A stretch of 63,678 nt of DNA, the filler included, from Neoconidiobolus thromboides FSU 785 (Eukaryota > Fungi > Entomophthoromycota), in the NCBI GenBank assembly GCA_025603075.1. It is 4 parts of 4 records of this genome, joined end to end, with 100 filler letters (N's around TTAATTAATTAA, not from the genome) between each part and the next. Parts side by side here need not be neighbours in the genome. Positions count along the whole stretch, not along the records: positions 31,914 to 49,153 come from MU626584.1; positions 49,254 to 62,075 come from MU626629.1; 2 more parts are not named here. One strand, given 5' to 3'. The position numbers and the translations under genes were made by a program. Positions within the stretch are counted from its first letter, which is position 1. The number at the start of each line of letters is the position of its first letter. Below the pieces are notes generated by a model that saw nothing but the letters and a program-made list of their open reading frames with translations, was not told where the DNA came from and made no database searches. Positions 36,915 through 49,463 of this stretch are shown one piece after another.

Positions 36915-37015
36915 TATTTTTATTTTTTATTTTTTATTTTTTATTTTTTATTTTTTATTTTTTATTTTTTATTTTTTATTTTTTATTTTTTATTTTTATC
37001 CTTATCTTTATCTTT
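36915..37015. repeat. (TTTTTTA)n simple repeat grading into (TATCTT)n
   Basis: Read directly from the sequence. Confidence 0.85.
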
Positions 37016-37092
37016 ATTGTTTCATATAATTTATTGATAGTATAAGTAACTTTTTTATTCGTTTTTTATAATTTACATAGTAATTAGGTACT

Positions 37093-37196
37093 ATACGGGG
37101 ATGTTTTTTTTGGTTTCATTACTTTTTCCATTTTTTGAGCCCTATTTGAGCGGAAAAATTCTTAGTAAAATTCTTAAGCACAAAAACACATCCCCA
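37093..37196 (-). mobile_element. MITE-like family copy whose end is interrupted by the 81-bp hairpin element
   Basis: Ends ACATCCCCA at 37196; the remaining CCATAT is at 37278-37283. Confidence 0.8.
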
Positions 37197-37277
37197 TGTG
37201 AAATCTGGTACTCAAGGTTTGGAATCAACCCAGCAATAACTGTTCTTGACTCCAAACACTAAGTACCAGATTTCACA
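37197..37277. mobile_element. 81-bp hairpin element made of two head-to-head copies of one TGTGAAAT terminus
   Basis: TGTGAAATCTGGTACTCAAGGTTTGGAATCAA ... TTGACTCCAAACACTAAGTACCAGATTTCACA; flanked by CCA/CCA. Confidence 0.65.
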
Positions 37278-37307
37278 CCATATCTATAAACCAGGATTTA
37301 TTTTGGC

Positions 37308-37410
37308 TATAGGGATATTTTTTTACTTAAGAATTTTATTAATAATCTTTTCACTCAAATAATGCTTAAAAAATGGAAAAATAATGAAATCAAAAAAAAC
37401 ATCCCCATAT
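37308..37410 (+). mobile_element. MITE-like family copy
   Basis: Family core and termini. Confidence 0.8.
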
Positions 37411-37812
37411 AGCTTAGAATATATAACTATCACTTTTATTTAGGATTATAATGCTATATAAATAATAATAATTATTTAAAACATAACATTTTATTATGTA
37501 ACTAAATTTTAACTTTTATTTATATCCTTAGTTTTTTGCTATTAAATATTTTTTATCTTTATTGTTATTGCTAACATAGATTTATGTTTTGTTAGATAAC
37601 TTTTTTTATACTTTGTGTATTTTTTTAATGAATTACTATAAACTTTTTTCTACTTTTCAGCTTTTTATGATCAATATGAAGCAATCAGGCTTTAAGAATT
37701 AAACTTTGTATTTTTGAAATTTTTTTAATAATTATTAAATTGATATATATTATTATTAAATAAAATAACGAAATATGATTTTATGAAATTTTGAACTTAA
37801 AAGTTTGTTAGG

Positions 37813-37904
37813 ATATGGGGATGTTTTTTTTGGTTTCATTACTTTTCCACTTTTTAAGCGCTGCTTGAGCAGAAGGATGTTAGTAAAATTCTTAAACAAA
37901 AAAA
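37813..37904 (-). mobile_element. MITE-like family copy (truncated)
   Basis: One terminus and family core. Confidence 0.75.
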
Positions 37905-38272
37905 CCGAGAAACTTTCTAAAAAAATTAAGCTTCTATAAAACTGGGCTATTTTTACAAAGTTTGAATTTGAACTAAAGCTTAAAACTATTTTTAATAAAA
38001 TTTTGATTTGATTTTAAAAGTAGTGCAATCTTTTTTGGGAGCTTCCCCAGTTTTTTTACTGTTTACTATATTATTAGTAGCCCTAGATATTAAATATTTT
38101 AAATTTAAAATAATTTGAAAATGAAAAGAATACTAAAATAAAAATACTACTATTTTATTTAAGAATATAAATGATGTTTATACTTATCTAAAATTTTTAT
38201 AGAATTCAAATTTTAAAAACAAGTTCTGGGTTTTTAATTATTTTATTAAACCTAAGTACCCTTTATTAATCA

Positions 38273-38378
38273 ACATGGGGATGTATTTTTGTGTTTAAGA
38301 ATTTTACTAACAAATTTTCCGCTTAATAGCGCTTGAAAAATGGAAAAAGTAATGAAGTAAAAAAAAATACTCCCATAT
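38273..38378 (+). mobile_element. MITE-like family copy
   Basis: Family core and termini. Confidence 0.8.
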
Positions 38379-38412
38379 AATGAAGAGTGTACCAATAAAA
38401 ACAAAATATAAC

Positions 38413-38507
38413 ACATGAGGACAACCTTTTAGTTTTGTTTTTCCGTTTTCCAAGTGCTATTAGATAGAAAAAATGTTAATACAGCCTTCAAACAGAAAAT
38501 ACCCTTA
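38413..38507 (-). mobile_element. MITE-like family copy (highly degenerate)
   Basis: Diverged core TTTTCCAAGTGCTATT..GAAAAAATGTTAAT..AAAC. Confidence 0.5.
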
Positions 38508-39544
38508 CCAGAGCTATCGAAGTTATCTTTTATAAACTATTTGTTTTTAAATAGTAGTAATTTAAAACATTTACTAACATTTAAAAAGATATCTTATATT
38601 CCACTAATTTAAAACTAGCTTTTTAATAAAAGTGGTATGAAAGTTTTGTGTTCTTTTTAGATTATTTATTCTTGAATAAATAAAGTTGATAAAATTTACA
38701 GTTTTGAAAGAATTTCATTTATCATTGTGTAATTTAGTACTTAAGTTATCATACATTGTACCCTCATCATTGCTCTTTTCTACATCTCATTAAAATACTA
38801 CCTCAACATTTAATTATAAACCTCAGTAAAAGGTATAAATCCTAAAACATCAAGTTTTATATAATTTTAGCCACCAATTAAAATAAGTAAATTAAAGCCA
38901 ATACTTTGGATTTTGATACTAGTTACTATAATAAGTAATATGAACTTTTATTTTTAAAATAACTGTTGTAAAATTCTAATTATAAATATTTATTTTAAAA
39001 TAAATAGTTATTTAAGGCTGTTTTTAGTAAAGCATATTGGCAAAACTTGGCAATGATAATAAATTAATAGTGTTATTATTTAAGAATTTTATTAGTTTTA
39101 TAATAAGAAAATAAGAAACTAAATATTATCAATAGTTAAAGGGCCAACTCGTATTGTTATTTTATTAGTATTATTAATTATTAAATCATTAAATGACCAG
39201 TTATTCTATTTTCATTGCCTCACAACAACTAGGAGTAAATTTAAACTTAACTAATAAATCCTTAATACTAACACTAATGTTATCTAAAAATAAAATTTCA
39301 AATCTCATAATCAAACATAATAATAAGCCGAAACCCATTAAGGTATTAACCCACTTTTTATTGGTTAAATTCATGCTGATTTAGCTCAACTCCACCAATC
39401 AATTTATCAATTACTATGCAACCAATGAGAACTTTTGATAGTGACACAGTGGTACCTTTTTATTTCAGATGGTTCTTAAATTGAATTTTAATTTGAAATA
39501 ATTTCATTTATTGAGATATCAATTTATTTTTCATAAAAAATAAA

Positions 39545-41105
39545 ATGGCTTCCACTAGTTCCACCCTGCTTACAGCACATTCATCACATGCATCCAAGTC
39601 AGCTAATCGTAGAAGATCCTTACAAATTGATCAACATACAGAGAATTTTGAAAATGAGTTAAAAGGAGAAGATATATTTTATAAAGTAAGAAATCAATCG
39701 ACTAGTGAGTTACCTACTTTAGATGGAGAGAAGTTGAACCCATTACAAAGAAAAAATAGTCGATTTCGTCCACGTTCAGTTAACGAATTAAGAAAATCAG
39801 CTTTATTTTTAGATTCGGATGGTAATGCAGATAGAAGATTATCCCTCATGTTTGTTGATCCAGAAAAATTTCAAAGTAAAAGAAGAAGCACTTATTCTAT
39901 GCATAGCTTATCCGAATCTCAAACTAATCTGTCCTTTTCATTATCGGGTAATGATGATTTATTAAATGTTTACAGAGAAAATGCCAAAAAAACAAATGAT
40001 CCAAAAGTTCAGTTAGAGTTTGGTAAGTTTTTATTAGAATCCTCGGTTAATCTCTTAAACAAGGATTTACCTACTTACGATGAGGAATCTTCTCAAAAAT
40101 TAGAAAAAGAAGGAATATTTTGGATTAAAAAATTACAAAAATTAAATAATCCAGAAGCAGTTTATATTGTGGGTACTTGGAACGAAAAAGGGATGTATGG
40201 TTATTCTCCATCTTCAAGTAGATCAAATACACTTTATTTATCAAGTGCTAAATTGGGTTATCCCCCTGCTATTGATAAAGTAGGTTTTCATTATGAGAAA
40301 AAAAAGGATTTTACGCGTGCAGTAGCTTATTACAAAAAAGCTGCCGCTTTAGCCGATCCTTCAGCAAATTATGTAAGTTTACTTTTATTTATTTATTAAT
40401 TTATATTTATATACTATATCATAGAGACTTGGTATAGCATATATCTATGGGGAACTTAAATTAGGCGTTAATCATAAAAATGCCCAATTTTATTTACGCC
40501 GTTCAGCTTCAGAAGCCAATCAATATTGTCCACAGGGGGCTTATATATGGGCATTGATATTATTTGGATTATATGAAGAAGATTTAGGTATAAGAGATGA
40601 TGTAGAAGGAAGAGATTATTTAATAAAAGCGGCAGATTTAAATTATTTGCCAGCCCAATATAAATTAGGATATTGCTATGAGTATGGAGAATATAATTTA
40701 CAAGTTGACCCTATGTTATCGATTGATTATTATCGTCGAGCAGCTCAAGGAGGACATCCAGAAGCGCAAGTAGCTTTAAGTGGATGGTATTTAACTGGAG
40801 CGCCTGGTGTATTAGATCAAAGTGATGAGTTAGCCTTTCAATGGTGTTCAAAAGCCTCATCTCAAGGCTTTCCAAAAGCAGAATATGCCATGGGACAATA
40901 TTATGAAATGGGAGTTGGTGTTGAAATTAGTTTACAAAATGCGTTAGGATGGTATAAAAAAGCGGCTAGTAACGGGTTTGAAAAAGCAAAAGAAAGGCTA
41001 AATCAGCCCGATTTTGCACCTACATTAACGAGATCCGATATTGGTACTATTCGTCAAAAGGGGCGTAAAAAAGATAAAAAGAAAAATGATTGTGTTATTT
41101 GTTAA
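39545..41105 (+). CDS. CHS4: SEL1-repeat chitin synthase activator (Chs4/Skt5-like), 2 exons
   Basis: Disordered N-terminus, then SEL1 repeats (AQYKLGYCYEYG, AQVALSGWYLTG, AEYAMGQYYEMGVGV) and a C-terminal CaaX-like CVIC; intron at about 40373-40425. Confidence 0.8.
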
Positions 41106-41381
41106 GAGAAAGAAGAACTTTATTAGCAGTTTAATTCCCCCTTTTTATGAAAAGTGAAAATCTTTATTTCTTTTTCTTAAGTCCTTTTATATACTACTTA
41201 TAATATTAAGTTTTAACCCCCTAATAATAATAATAATAATAATTTTGATTTTATTGTTGATATTAAATTATACTTTTTTATTTTATATTAGTTTTAATCA
41301 AATTTTAAGCATAACTGAATTACGTCAACTTTAAGAATAAAACTCTCATTTTAAACTTTATACTTTCTATTTAAAATAATA

Positions 41382-43674
41382 ATGGAAGGCAATAGTATTA
41401 TAAACAAAAAGATAGTAGAAACATTAAAGCTATTAATAACGCAAGAAAAAGATGAAGAAATTCAAGAAAAACTTGAGAGAAGTAATGCTAACAATACCAA
41501 TTATTTAAAGAAATTGGGATTATTGATTAACAATTTGAAGATTTTTAATACAAAAATCGGATTGGGTGGCAAGTTGTAAGTGTAGAATTCAATTTGATAA
41601 TTGTTTTATTTATTAACAAGTTAACTTTTTATTAGAATAGTTGAACTCAACCCCCTTGAATCGGGTAGTAAAATCGGTGCAAGTATCATAAAATCAGGCG
41701 ATGTAGTAGCCTTACAATCCAATGTATCTAAAAAGAAAGAAAAAAAAGATAGCGAATCCGAAGAACTAACTGGTATAATAGTGAAATTAACAGATACAAA
41801 GGTAGTAGTAAGCATTAAAAATGAAACTTTATTAGATGAAAATGGGATTTGGAAAGTGTAAGTTTCTTGTTCTATGTAATTGGATAAAGAAGGATTAATT
41901 ATTAATATTTTAGTATTCAATTAGCTAATGAAGTTAGTTATAAAAGGTAATTTTATTTCATAATTTAGTAAAATTGAATTTATCTTACTCTCATTCAAAA
42001 AGACAATTAAAAGTATTATCTGATATTGAGAAGATACTTGACACAGGAACTAATGAGCATTGGATGGGAAACAAAGATTTAATCAATTTATTATTAATAG
42101 ATAAAGAAAAGAAGAAGCTCCAACAACCTCAATTCGACGAGAATCTAAAGTTAGAAGATATCAAATTTAAAAATGAAAATTTAAATTTATCCCAAAAAGA
42201 AGCTGTTTTGTTAGCTTTAAAAGCGGAGCATTTAGCTTTAATTCATGGACCTCCTGGGGTAAATATTTATATCCTTAATTTTAAGTATTTATTTATGTAT
42301 TTTTAGACTGGAAAAACATATACTTTAATTGAATTAATATTACAATTAATTAATTTGAATAAAAAAATACTAATTTGTGGACCATCCAATATATCTGTTG
42401 GTAATAATAATAATAATAATAATATAATATTGTACTAATAAAATAATGTAGATAATATTCTTGAACGATTAATCCCACATAAAGTAGATTGTATTCGTAT
42501 AGGACAGCCAGAAAGAATCTCGTTACCCCAAATCATGGATTATGTGTTAGATATTAAATTAAAATATAGTGAAGAAGGCCAGTTAATATCAGATATTCGA
42601 CAAGAAATCAATACAACTGTAAGCAATATTCAACATTGTAAAAAATACAGTGAACGTAAAAAATTATATTTGGAATTAAAAGAATTGAGAAAAGAATTAA
42701 AATTAAGAGAAAATAAATTAACTCAACAATTAATGAAAAATACACAAGTAACATTATCTACTTTAAATGGAGTAGGCAGTAAACTTTTTTTTGATCAAAA
42801 ATATGACATAGTGATTATTGATGAAGCTACTCAAGGATTAGAACCGGAATGTTTATTACCTATAAAATATTCAAATAAAGTAATATTTGCTGGAGATCAT
42901 CATCAATTACCTCCTACTATTAAAAATCAAAAAAACAAACAATTAGAAAATACATTGTTTCAGAAATTAATTCAATTTTATGGAAATAAATGTTATAAAA
43001 TGTTAACAATTCAATATAGAATGAATGAAAAAATTATGAAATTAAGTTCTAAATTGTTATATAATAATCAATTAGTAGCCGATCAATCAGTTAAAGATCA
43101 TCTGCTAATTGACTTAAAACATGTTATTGAGAATGAAATCACTGATTGCCCATTAATATTTGTAGATACAGCACAAAGCAATTTAGTGGAATGTAATGAA
43201 TTAGATCAAAATAACAATAATAATATATTATCAACTTCCTCCAAATATAATGAAGGGGAGATAGAAATTATATATCAACATTATTTAAAATTAATAGAAA
43301 ATGGGATCTTACCTTCACAGATAGCTATCCTATCCCCATATAATGCACAGGTTACACAACTTAAACTTAAATTTCAAGAAATTAAAGAATTGGAAATAGG
43401 AACAATTGATGGCTTTCAAGGAAGGGAGAAAGAAGTTATTTGTTTATCTTTAGTAAGAAGTAATAACCAAAACCAAGTGGGTTTTTTATTAGATTATAGA
43501 AGAATGAATGTGGCAATTACTAGGGCTAAAAGACAGCTTTTTATTATTGCTGATTCAAATACTGTGTTTAATAATAAACTACAACCAACTGATAAAGGGT
43601 GTGAATTTTTATTAGAATTAGGTATTTATTTAAATACTAATGCAGATATTTTGGTGCCTGAAATGTATGATTAA
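41382..43674 (+). CDS. HCS1: SF1 Upf1-like DNA/RNA helicase Hcs1/IGHMBP2 (SMUBP-2), multi-exon
   Basis: LIHGPPG|TGKT split by an intron, CGPSNISVDN, IIDEATQ, AGDHHQLPPT, QYRMN, SPYNAQV, DGFQGREKE, RRMNVAITRA. Confidence 0.9.
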
Positions 43675-43799
43675 AATGATGAAATAATAACTAAGTAAAT
43701 AAATTATAATAAAATAGTTAGTTTTTTAATTAATATATATAATTATATTTTTATTATAAATTAATATTATTAATGAATGTATTATACTATAGATCAATT

Positions 43800-45164
43800 T
43801 TAAACCATTTCTATATTTTTATCTTGCTTATTTTTAAGATGAACATCAAAATCAGATTCAATTTCCTTATCAATAGCCTCATTATTTTCATCTTTTGATC
43901 CACCAAGAACTTCTCCTTTTTGATGAGTTGGATAAACATTATAAATAATTAAACCTAGCAAGACGCAAATAAAAGCAAAGGGATACATAATATGGGTCTA
44001 GTATGATAGTAAGAATAATTAATATATATTAAATTATATAAAACACAATATTAATAAACAACTTACACTAACAGTTAAAAAGATTAAACCTAAAATTAAA
44101 CCATAAAAATCGGAAGTTAACAAAGAAATATTAAAAAATGTAGCACTAGTCATTCCAATTAATACTGGGGTTAAAGAATATAAACAAAACATTGCAATGG
44201 TAAATCCACAATATAAACCGACTAAAATTAATATTATTAATTAGTAAATCACTGTTATTATTATATAGTTTTTACTTGTTCCTGAATTCCAGTTAGCATG
44301 AACAAACTCATCTCTTTCTAACGCACCACTATAGAAAAAAAGTGTCAATAAACAAAATTATAATAAGATGTAAAACTAAAAACTTACAGTTGAATACCAC
44401 TAATAATCATACCAAATAAACCAATCATAGCAATAATTTCATAGTTGGGATGTTTACGTACCATAAATTCTTGTAATGTATTGGAACAAGCATAAAATAA
44501 AGCCCCAATAATACAATATATATTACCAAGTAATAAATTGCTAGCTATTAATATGTAATTAATATGTAATTAATAAATAATCTTAAATTTACCTGGATAA
44601 TCCTTATCAAGTAAAACATCAGATAAAACTAACATAATTAAACCAATTAAACAAAACAACACTCCTACAATATGAGTCCAACGATATCTAGTTTTTAAAA
44701 ATAAAAAACTTAATACAACCACGCCTGGAGTAGAGCAAGCATTAATTAGCATAGCACTTAAATAGTTGGTATTTCCAAATCCTTTAACAATAAAATAGTT
44801 GCCTTCAACATCAAACAGGGCAAGGATGAGATCTATAGAAATATTAATCAGTATCTTCAATTCACTTTGATTTTACGTTTCTATTATCTAACTTACATAT
44901 CCATCCTCTATTTTTTAGTACACTTCCATACTCTCTAATTCCATATTTATAAATCAAAAACGTATTATAAACAATAAACAATAGTATATAATTAACAAAG
45001 GATTGAGTAGCAGGTATGTTCATTTCATATTTTTGGGCCATGGAACCAGTGGTGATATTGGTAGTGGAGATACATAATGATAGGAATTGGCCTAACGCTA
45101 TTGCAAGCCAGAATTTTTTGTCTTTGATACGAAGTAAGATCGCTGCTTTGTTAAAGATGACCAT
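43800..45164 (-). CDS. SLC35F-family (DUF914) solute carrier, multi-exon
   Basis: LGQFLSLCISTTNIT, P.TQSF.NY.LL, ALFDVEGNYF.VK..TN..S..L......P.VV.LS..FL..RYRW.H..GV, NFFLLTSDFYG. Confidence 0.88.
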
Positions 45165-45643
45165 AGTAAAAATAAAAAGGAGAAAGTATTTTTTTGATTT
45201 GAAAAAATTCTTTAATTAGTTTGTGTAATGAAAAATTGACTTAATTTAGTAGATTGTTTTTTAGGAATTCTAGTCTTCTAAATTGAATTCCTTTATTTTT
45301 ATTCTCAATTTTAAGCCAATCATAGCTATCTTTCTTTGATCTTTTGGGGTTGAGGAGTTCAAATTGATAAATTATTAAAATAGATAGAAATACAATATGT
45401 TCTAGATAGTTTTTTAATTTAAATTTGAATGTTTATTTTTTAAATAAAAAGTACAAGTCATGATTTGTGATTTATACTTACTTCTAACAAACCTAGATCT
45501 GAGTTAGGTAGATAAGTTAAGACATGGGCTAAAAATAAATAGATAATTTTAGTGATGCTGTATTAGAAATTCAAATAAAACTGGGGTGGAAGTAATAATG
45601 GAAAATAAAATACTAATAATAAAAATGATTTCTTGTAAATAAG

Positions 45644-45748
45644 ATATGGAGACATATTTTTGTGTTTAAGAATTTTACTAAGAATTTTTCCATTCAAATA
45701 GTACTCAAGATGGAAAAAATAATGAACCCAAAAAAAACATTCCCATAT
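45644..45748 (+). mobile_element. MITE-like family copy
   Basis: Family core and termini. Confidence 0.8.
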
Positions 45749-46121
45749 AAAAGTGTCATCTGAGTTATCTTTATTTTTATGCAATTTTTTAAGTATTTTG
45801 TATTTAAAAACTTTACTTAAAATTTTACAAATAATTTTTTTAAAAGCAAAAATATCTGTCACGGTTTCAAATTATTTCATTATAATTTATATTATAAGTT
45901 AGCTAGATTTTTATTAAAGTCAACAAAAATTTCCGAGTTAGCAAGGCTTTTATCAATATAACCTATATGTTAATATTAATCAAAGTTGTAATATGTAAAC
46001 AAATACATATTTTTATAAAAATTTATTAAAAAAAATTATTACTGACTGACTGCTTTGTAGCCAATATTAAAGATTTACTGTTGAATAAACAAATAGTTAA
46101 TATTATAACTATATTATTGAT

Positions 46122-46227
46122 ATATGAGAGTGTTTTTTTTGACTTCATTATTTTTTCCATTTTCAAACACTATTTAAACAGAAAAATTGTCAGTAAAATT
46201 CTTAAACACAAAAATACATCCTCATAT
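46122..46227 (-). mobile_element. MITE-like family copy
   Basis: Family core and termini. Confidence 0.8.
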
Positions 46228-46517
46228 TATTGAGTTAATAAACAGCTGGATAAGGAGGAATAGTTAGCTTTAAAGCTAACATTAACCATTTTTATATAAT
46301 ACAAGAAATATAATAATGATTTTTATTTGTTATTATAATTATTCGCTTTTTAGCTATTTGTTAACTTAGTTATAAATAATTTAAACAATATTGATATTTA
46401 ATTATCAATTTTTAGTATTTAATAAATTACTTGCTTAATAAATATTAAAACTTTAAATTTTTTGTTATTTTTATAAGATAAACTGGGGTTAATCTTTTTA
46501 TTTTATTTTCTATGAGC

Positions 46518-46978
46518 TGTGAAATATCGCTTTATCAGCTCCATGATTAATTATAGCATAATAACCATTTAAGTTGTTGTGTTCTTGAGTTCAGAGATAA
46601 TCAATCCCACACCCTTATTTTGATTTGCCATGGGGATTTCTAGCTTCATACCAAAGAATATTATCTTCTCATTTTGATATTTGTACTTGTTAGAGCATAA
46701 AAGAAATCTTAGAATATAGTAACTCGAGGCTTCCAACTGAATTATTCCCTGTTATCTCGTGCATTTGATAGTCACTAAATTTCCTTATTAGTATTTTACG
46801 TAGATTTTACATTAGTATTGTCTATTCCATTTGTCTTACATAGTTCATAGCATATTGTGTGCTATTCTTCATAATTCAAGTCTATCTTAGTCACATAAAC
46901 TAAGACCTTTCGACTTACAGTATAGTTAACCAGGCAATGGCTGTTATTGACTTTAATCACTGAGTACTATATTTCACA
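46518..46978. mobile_element. 461-bp TG...CA element with a 4-bp TSD (solo LTR or Ginger-like non-autonomous element)
   Basis: GAGC|TGTGAAATAT ... ATATTTCACA|GAGC; 46864-46978 matches 61961-62075 in reverse complement. Confidence 0.65.
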
Positions 46979-47095
46979 GAGCTTTGTAACTTTAATTAGA
47001 AATACATCATTTTCTTGCATCTATTGGATATTAAATAACAATGCTATAGGCTATTATTATGTTCAACAAAATGTAAATACTTTTTAATTTTTTTT

Positions 47096-47200
47096 ATACG
47101 GGAATGTTTTTTTAGCTTCATTATTTTTCCATTTTTTAAGCACTGTTTGAGTGGAAAAATTGTTAGTAAAATTCTTAAATACAAAAATACATCCCCATAT
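47096..47200 (-). mobile_element. MITE-like family copy
   Basis: Family core and termini. Confidence 0.8.
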
Positions 47201-48635
47201 GATGCTTTATTTATGAAGGGTAAGTTTTACTTTATAAAAATTTCAACTTTTCTAGCAATAAACACTTTTAAACAGTGAAATTCTTTTTCACCAATATTAA
47301 GATAATTTTTTACTAATATTGAAATAAGTTGTTTTTTGTGTTGAAACTAATTTTTTAAATCAAATAAATCCCAAAAATATAATTTTATTGTCTTACTGTT
47401 TGTTTTTTTAAAATATACAAATCTCAAAATAAAAATTATTCATATATAATTATTTTAATCTATACTTTTTGAATTTATTATCTCTAATATTGTATACCTA
47501 TATAATATGATAACTAATCAACAAGGAAAAGCAAACAAGTTAAGGATGGAAAGATGTTTCAACCGAGATTTAATAGACAAGATACAACAAAGGTCAAAAT
47601 TATCTACAGCATAGAGAAACTAAAAAATTTCAAAGTTGGATTTAAAAAACGATTATAATACAAGTTGATGTCAAAAAGTTTAAATAAAGCAAAAGTAAGA
47701 ATTTATACACTGAATTTTTATTGCTTTGATATAATTTGTAGATCTTAGTATATATACCGAGTTTTGCTAAATAATCAATTTTTGAGATATGAAAAAAATA
47801 AAAATACTATCCCAATTATGTTAAGCTAAAATAAAATAAGGTAAAAATAAAGCAGTTAGCAGCATAGTATATAGATTTTTTTACAAAAATAGAACCTGTA
47901 GTTTAAATTTAATATATATGCTACTTTTGATATCCATTGAAGTGTTTATTGTTAAGATATAGTTCAAAATGTTCTATTTTTTTAAAATAATAAATATAAC
48001 CCAAATCAGCAGCTTCATTTGTAGTTTGATCATACTAAATGGTAGGTTGCTCAATTAATATGAAAATTAGGATATATGCTAATCAGAATCTATAGAACAT
48101 GTGGGTGTAAAAAGGATTATGAAGCTTCTTAATATAAACAAAATATAAAATGACTCGCATTATAGTTATTTATTATATAGATTGGTAATTTTAGTAGCAT
48201 CATATCATTGCTGAAAAACAGAAAAAGGAAACTTATCGATAATAACTATTTGCTGTAGCTTTTTTAAATGCCTAAAAACTATCATTTAACTAAATAGAAG
48301 ATAACAAAATATGATATAAAAGGTTTCACTAATCCAAGTTACTATAGCTTTGATAAAGATAAAAGTACAATAATCAGATAGTATAAAGCGGCTATTTATT
48401 ATTTATAAGCATTTTATGAGCGTTTTTTAAAGACAAAATATATGAGTTATCTACAGATTCAGACCTCCTTTTTTATATCCTTCAAAGAATGCTGCCTCCC
48501 ATGTGCTTTATTAGGATAATATAAATACCAAAGTTTAAGTATAGAATAAAGCCGTTTGAAATATTTAAAAGGACAATAAATAGGCCTAGTTTGTTTAATT
48601 TTACCTATTAATCCTTCTTAATGTTGAAATCATAT

Positions 48636-49153
48636 GTAAATAAATAAACTAATCCCTAGCTCAAACAAGGATAAAAAAAATAAACAGATGATATTTTACA
48701 AAAGGGATGAGATTTTATGTAATTGTCTTTATTATTTTTCCTTTCTAAAAATAATTTAAGTTATAATAAGACTGATGCTATCAAATGTATGGCGTTTTCA
48801 AAAAAAAACATATCAGAATAATAAAATTAGGATATTTTCTATAACATTAATGAATATAAAAGTCTTATTTCTAGTTAAGATATTGTTAGACGTATAATAC
48901 CTTTTTTTAAAAATAGAAAATTATAAACATTTACAGAGTGAAGTAAACTTACAATGGGCTAAAATAAAGATAAACAATAAAAATTTTACCTTAAAATAAT
49001 AATTCAATTAGACAATTTTAATTTATTAGAAAATTAAAGTTGACGACCGAAGATTGGGGATTGTTGACCGAAGAGACCTTGTCCTTGGGTTTGGAATGGA
49101 GATTGACCCCAGGTACCTTGGGTTTGGAATGGGGATTGTCCTAAGATACCTTG
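48636..49153 (-). repeat. Inverted diverged copy of 35757-36287 (3' end and downstream flank of the Gln-rich gene)
   Basis: Reverse-complement match with several substitutions and a ~22-bp indel. Confidence 0.85.
49034..49153 (-). CDS. C-terminal fragment of a second Gln-rich repeat gene (QGILGQSPFQTQGTWGQSPFQTQGQGLFGQQSPIFGRQL*), cut by the contig end
   Basis: Hand translation of the minus strand; same stop position as 34867-35864. Confidence 0.7.
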   Translation of the reverse strand, partial: QGILGQSPFQTQGTWGQSPFQTQGQGLFGQQSPIFGRQL

Positions 49154-49253
49154 NNNNNNNNNNNNNNNNNNNNNNNNNNNNNNNNNNNNNNNNNNNNTTA
49201 ATTAATTAANNNNNNNNNNNNNNNNNNNNNNNNNNNNNNNNNNNNNNNNNNNN
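49154..49253. other. Artificial 100-nt contig spacer
   Basis: 44 N + TTAATTAATTAA + 44 N. Confidence 0.9.
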
Positions 49254-49356
49254 TATAATTTTTCTTCTTCGTTGAAAATTTCTTCTATCTCTGCTTTGTT
49301 TTTTGCTGTATTTATTTTATTTTCAAATAACTTTTTTCTAACTGTATACTGGGTAC

Positions 49357-49463
49357 ATATGGGAGTGTTTTTTTTGACTTCATTATTTTTTCCACTTTTT
49401 AAGCGCTATTTGAGTGGAAAATTTGTTGGTAAAATTCTTAAACACAAAAATGCATCCCCATAT
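49357..49463 (-). mobile_element. MITE-like family copy
   Basis: Family core and termini; the ORF 49272-49511 is a by-product of it. Confidence 0.8.

Noticed and set aside
47505-47670. Lys-rich short frames that might be a transposase fragment
   Set aside because: No diagnostic motif.
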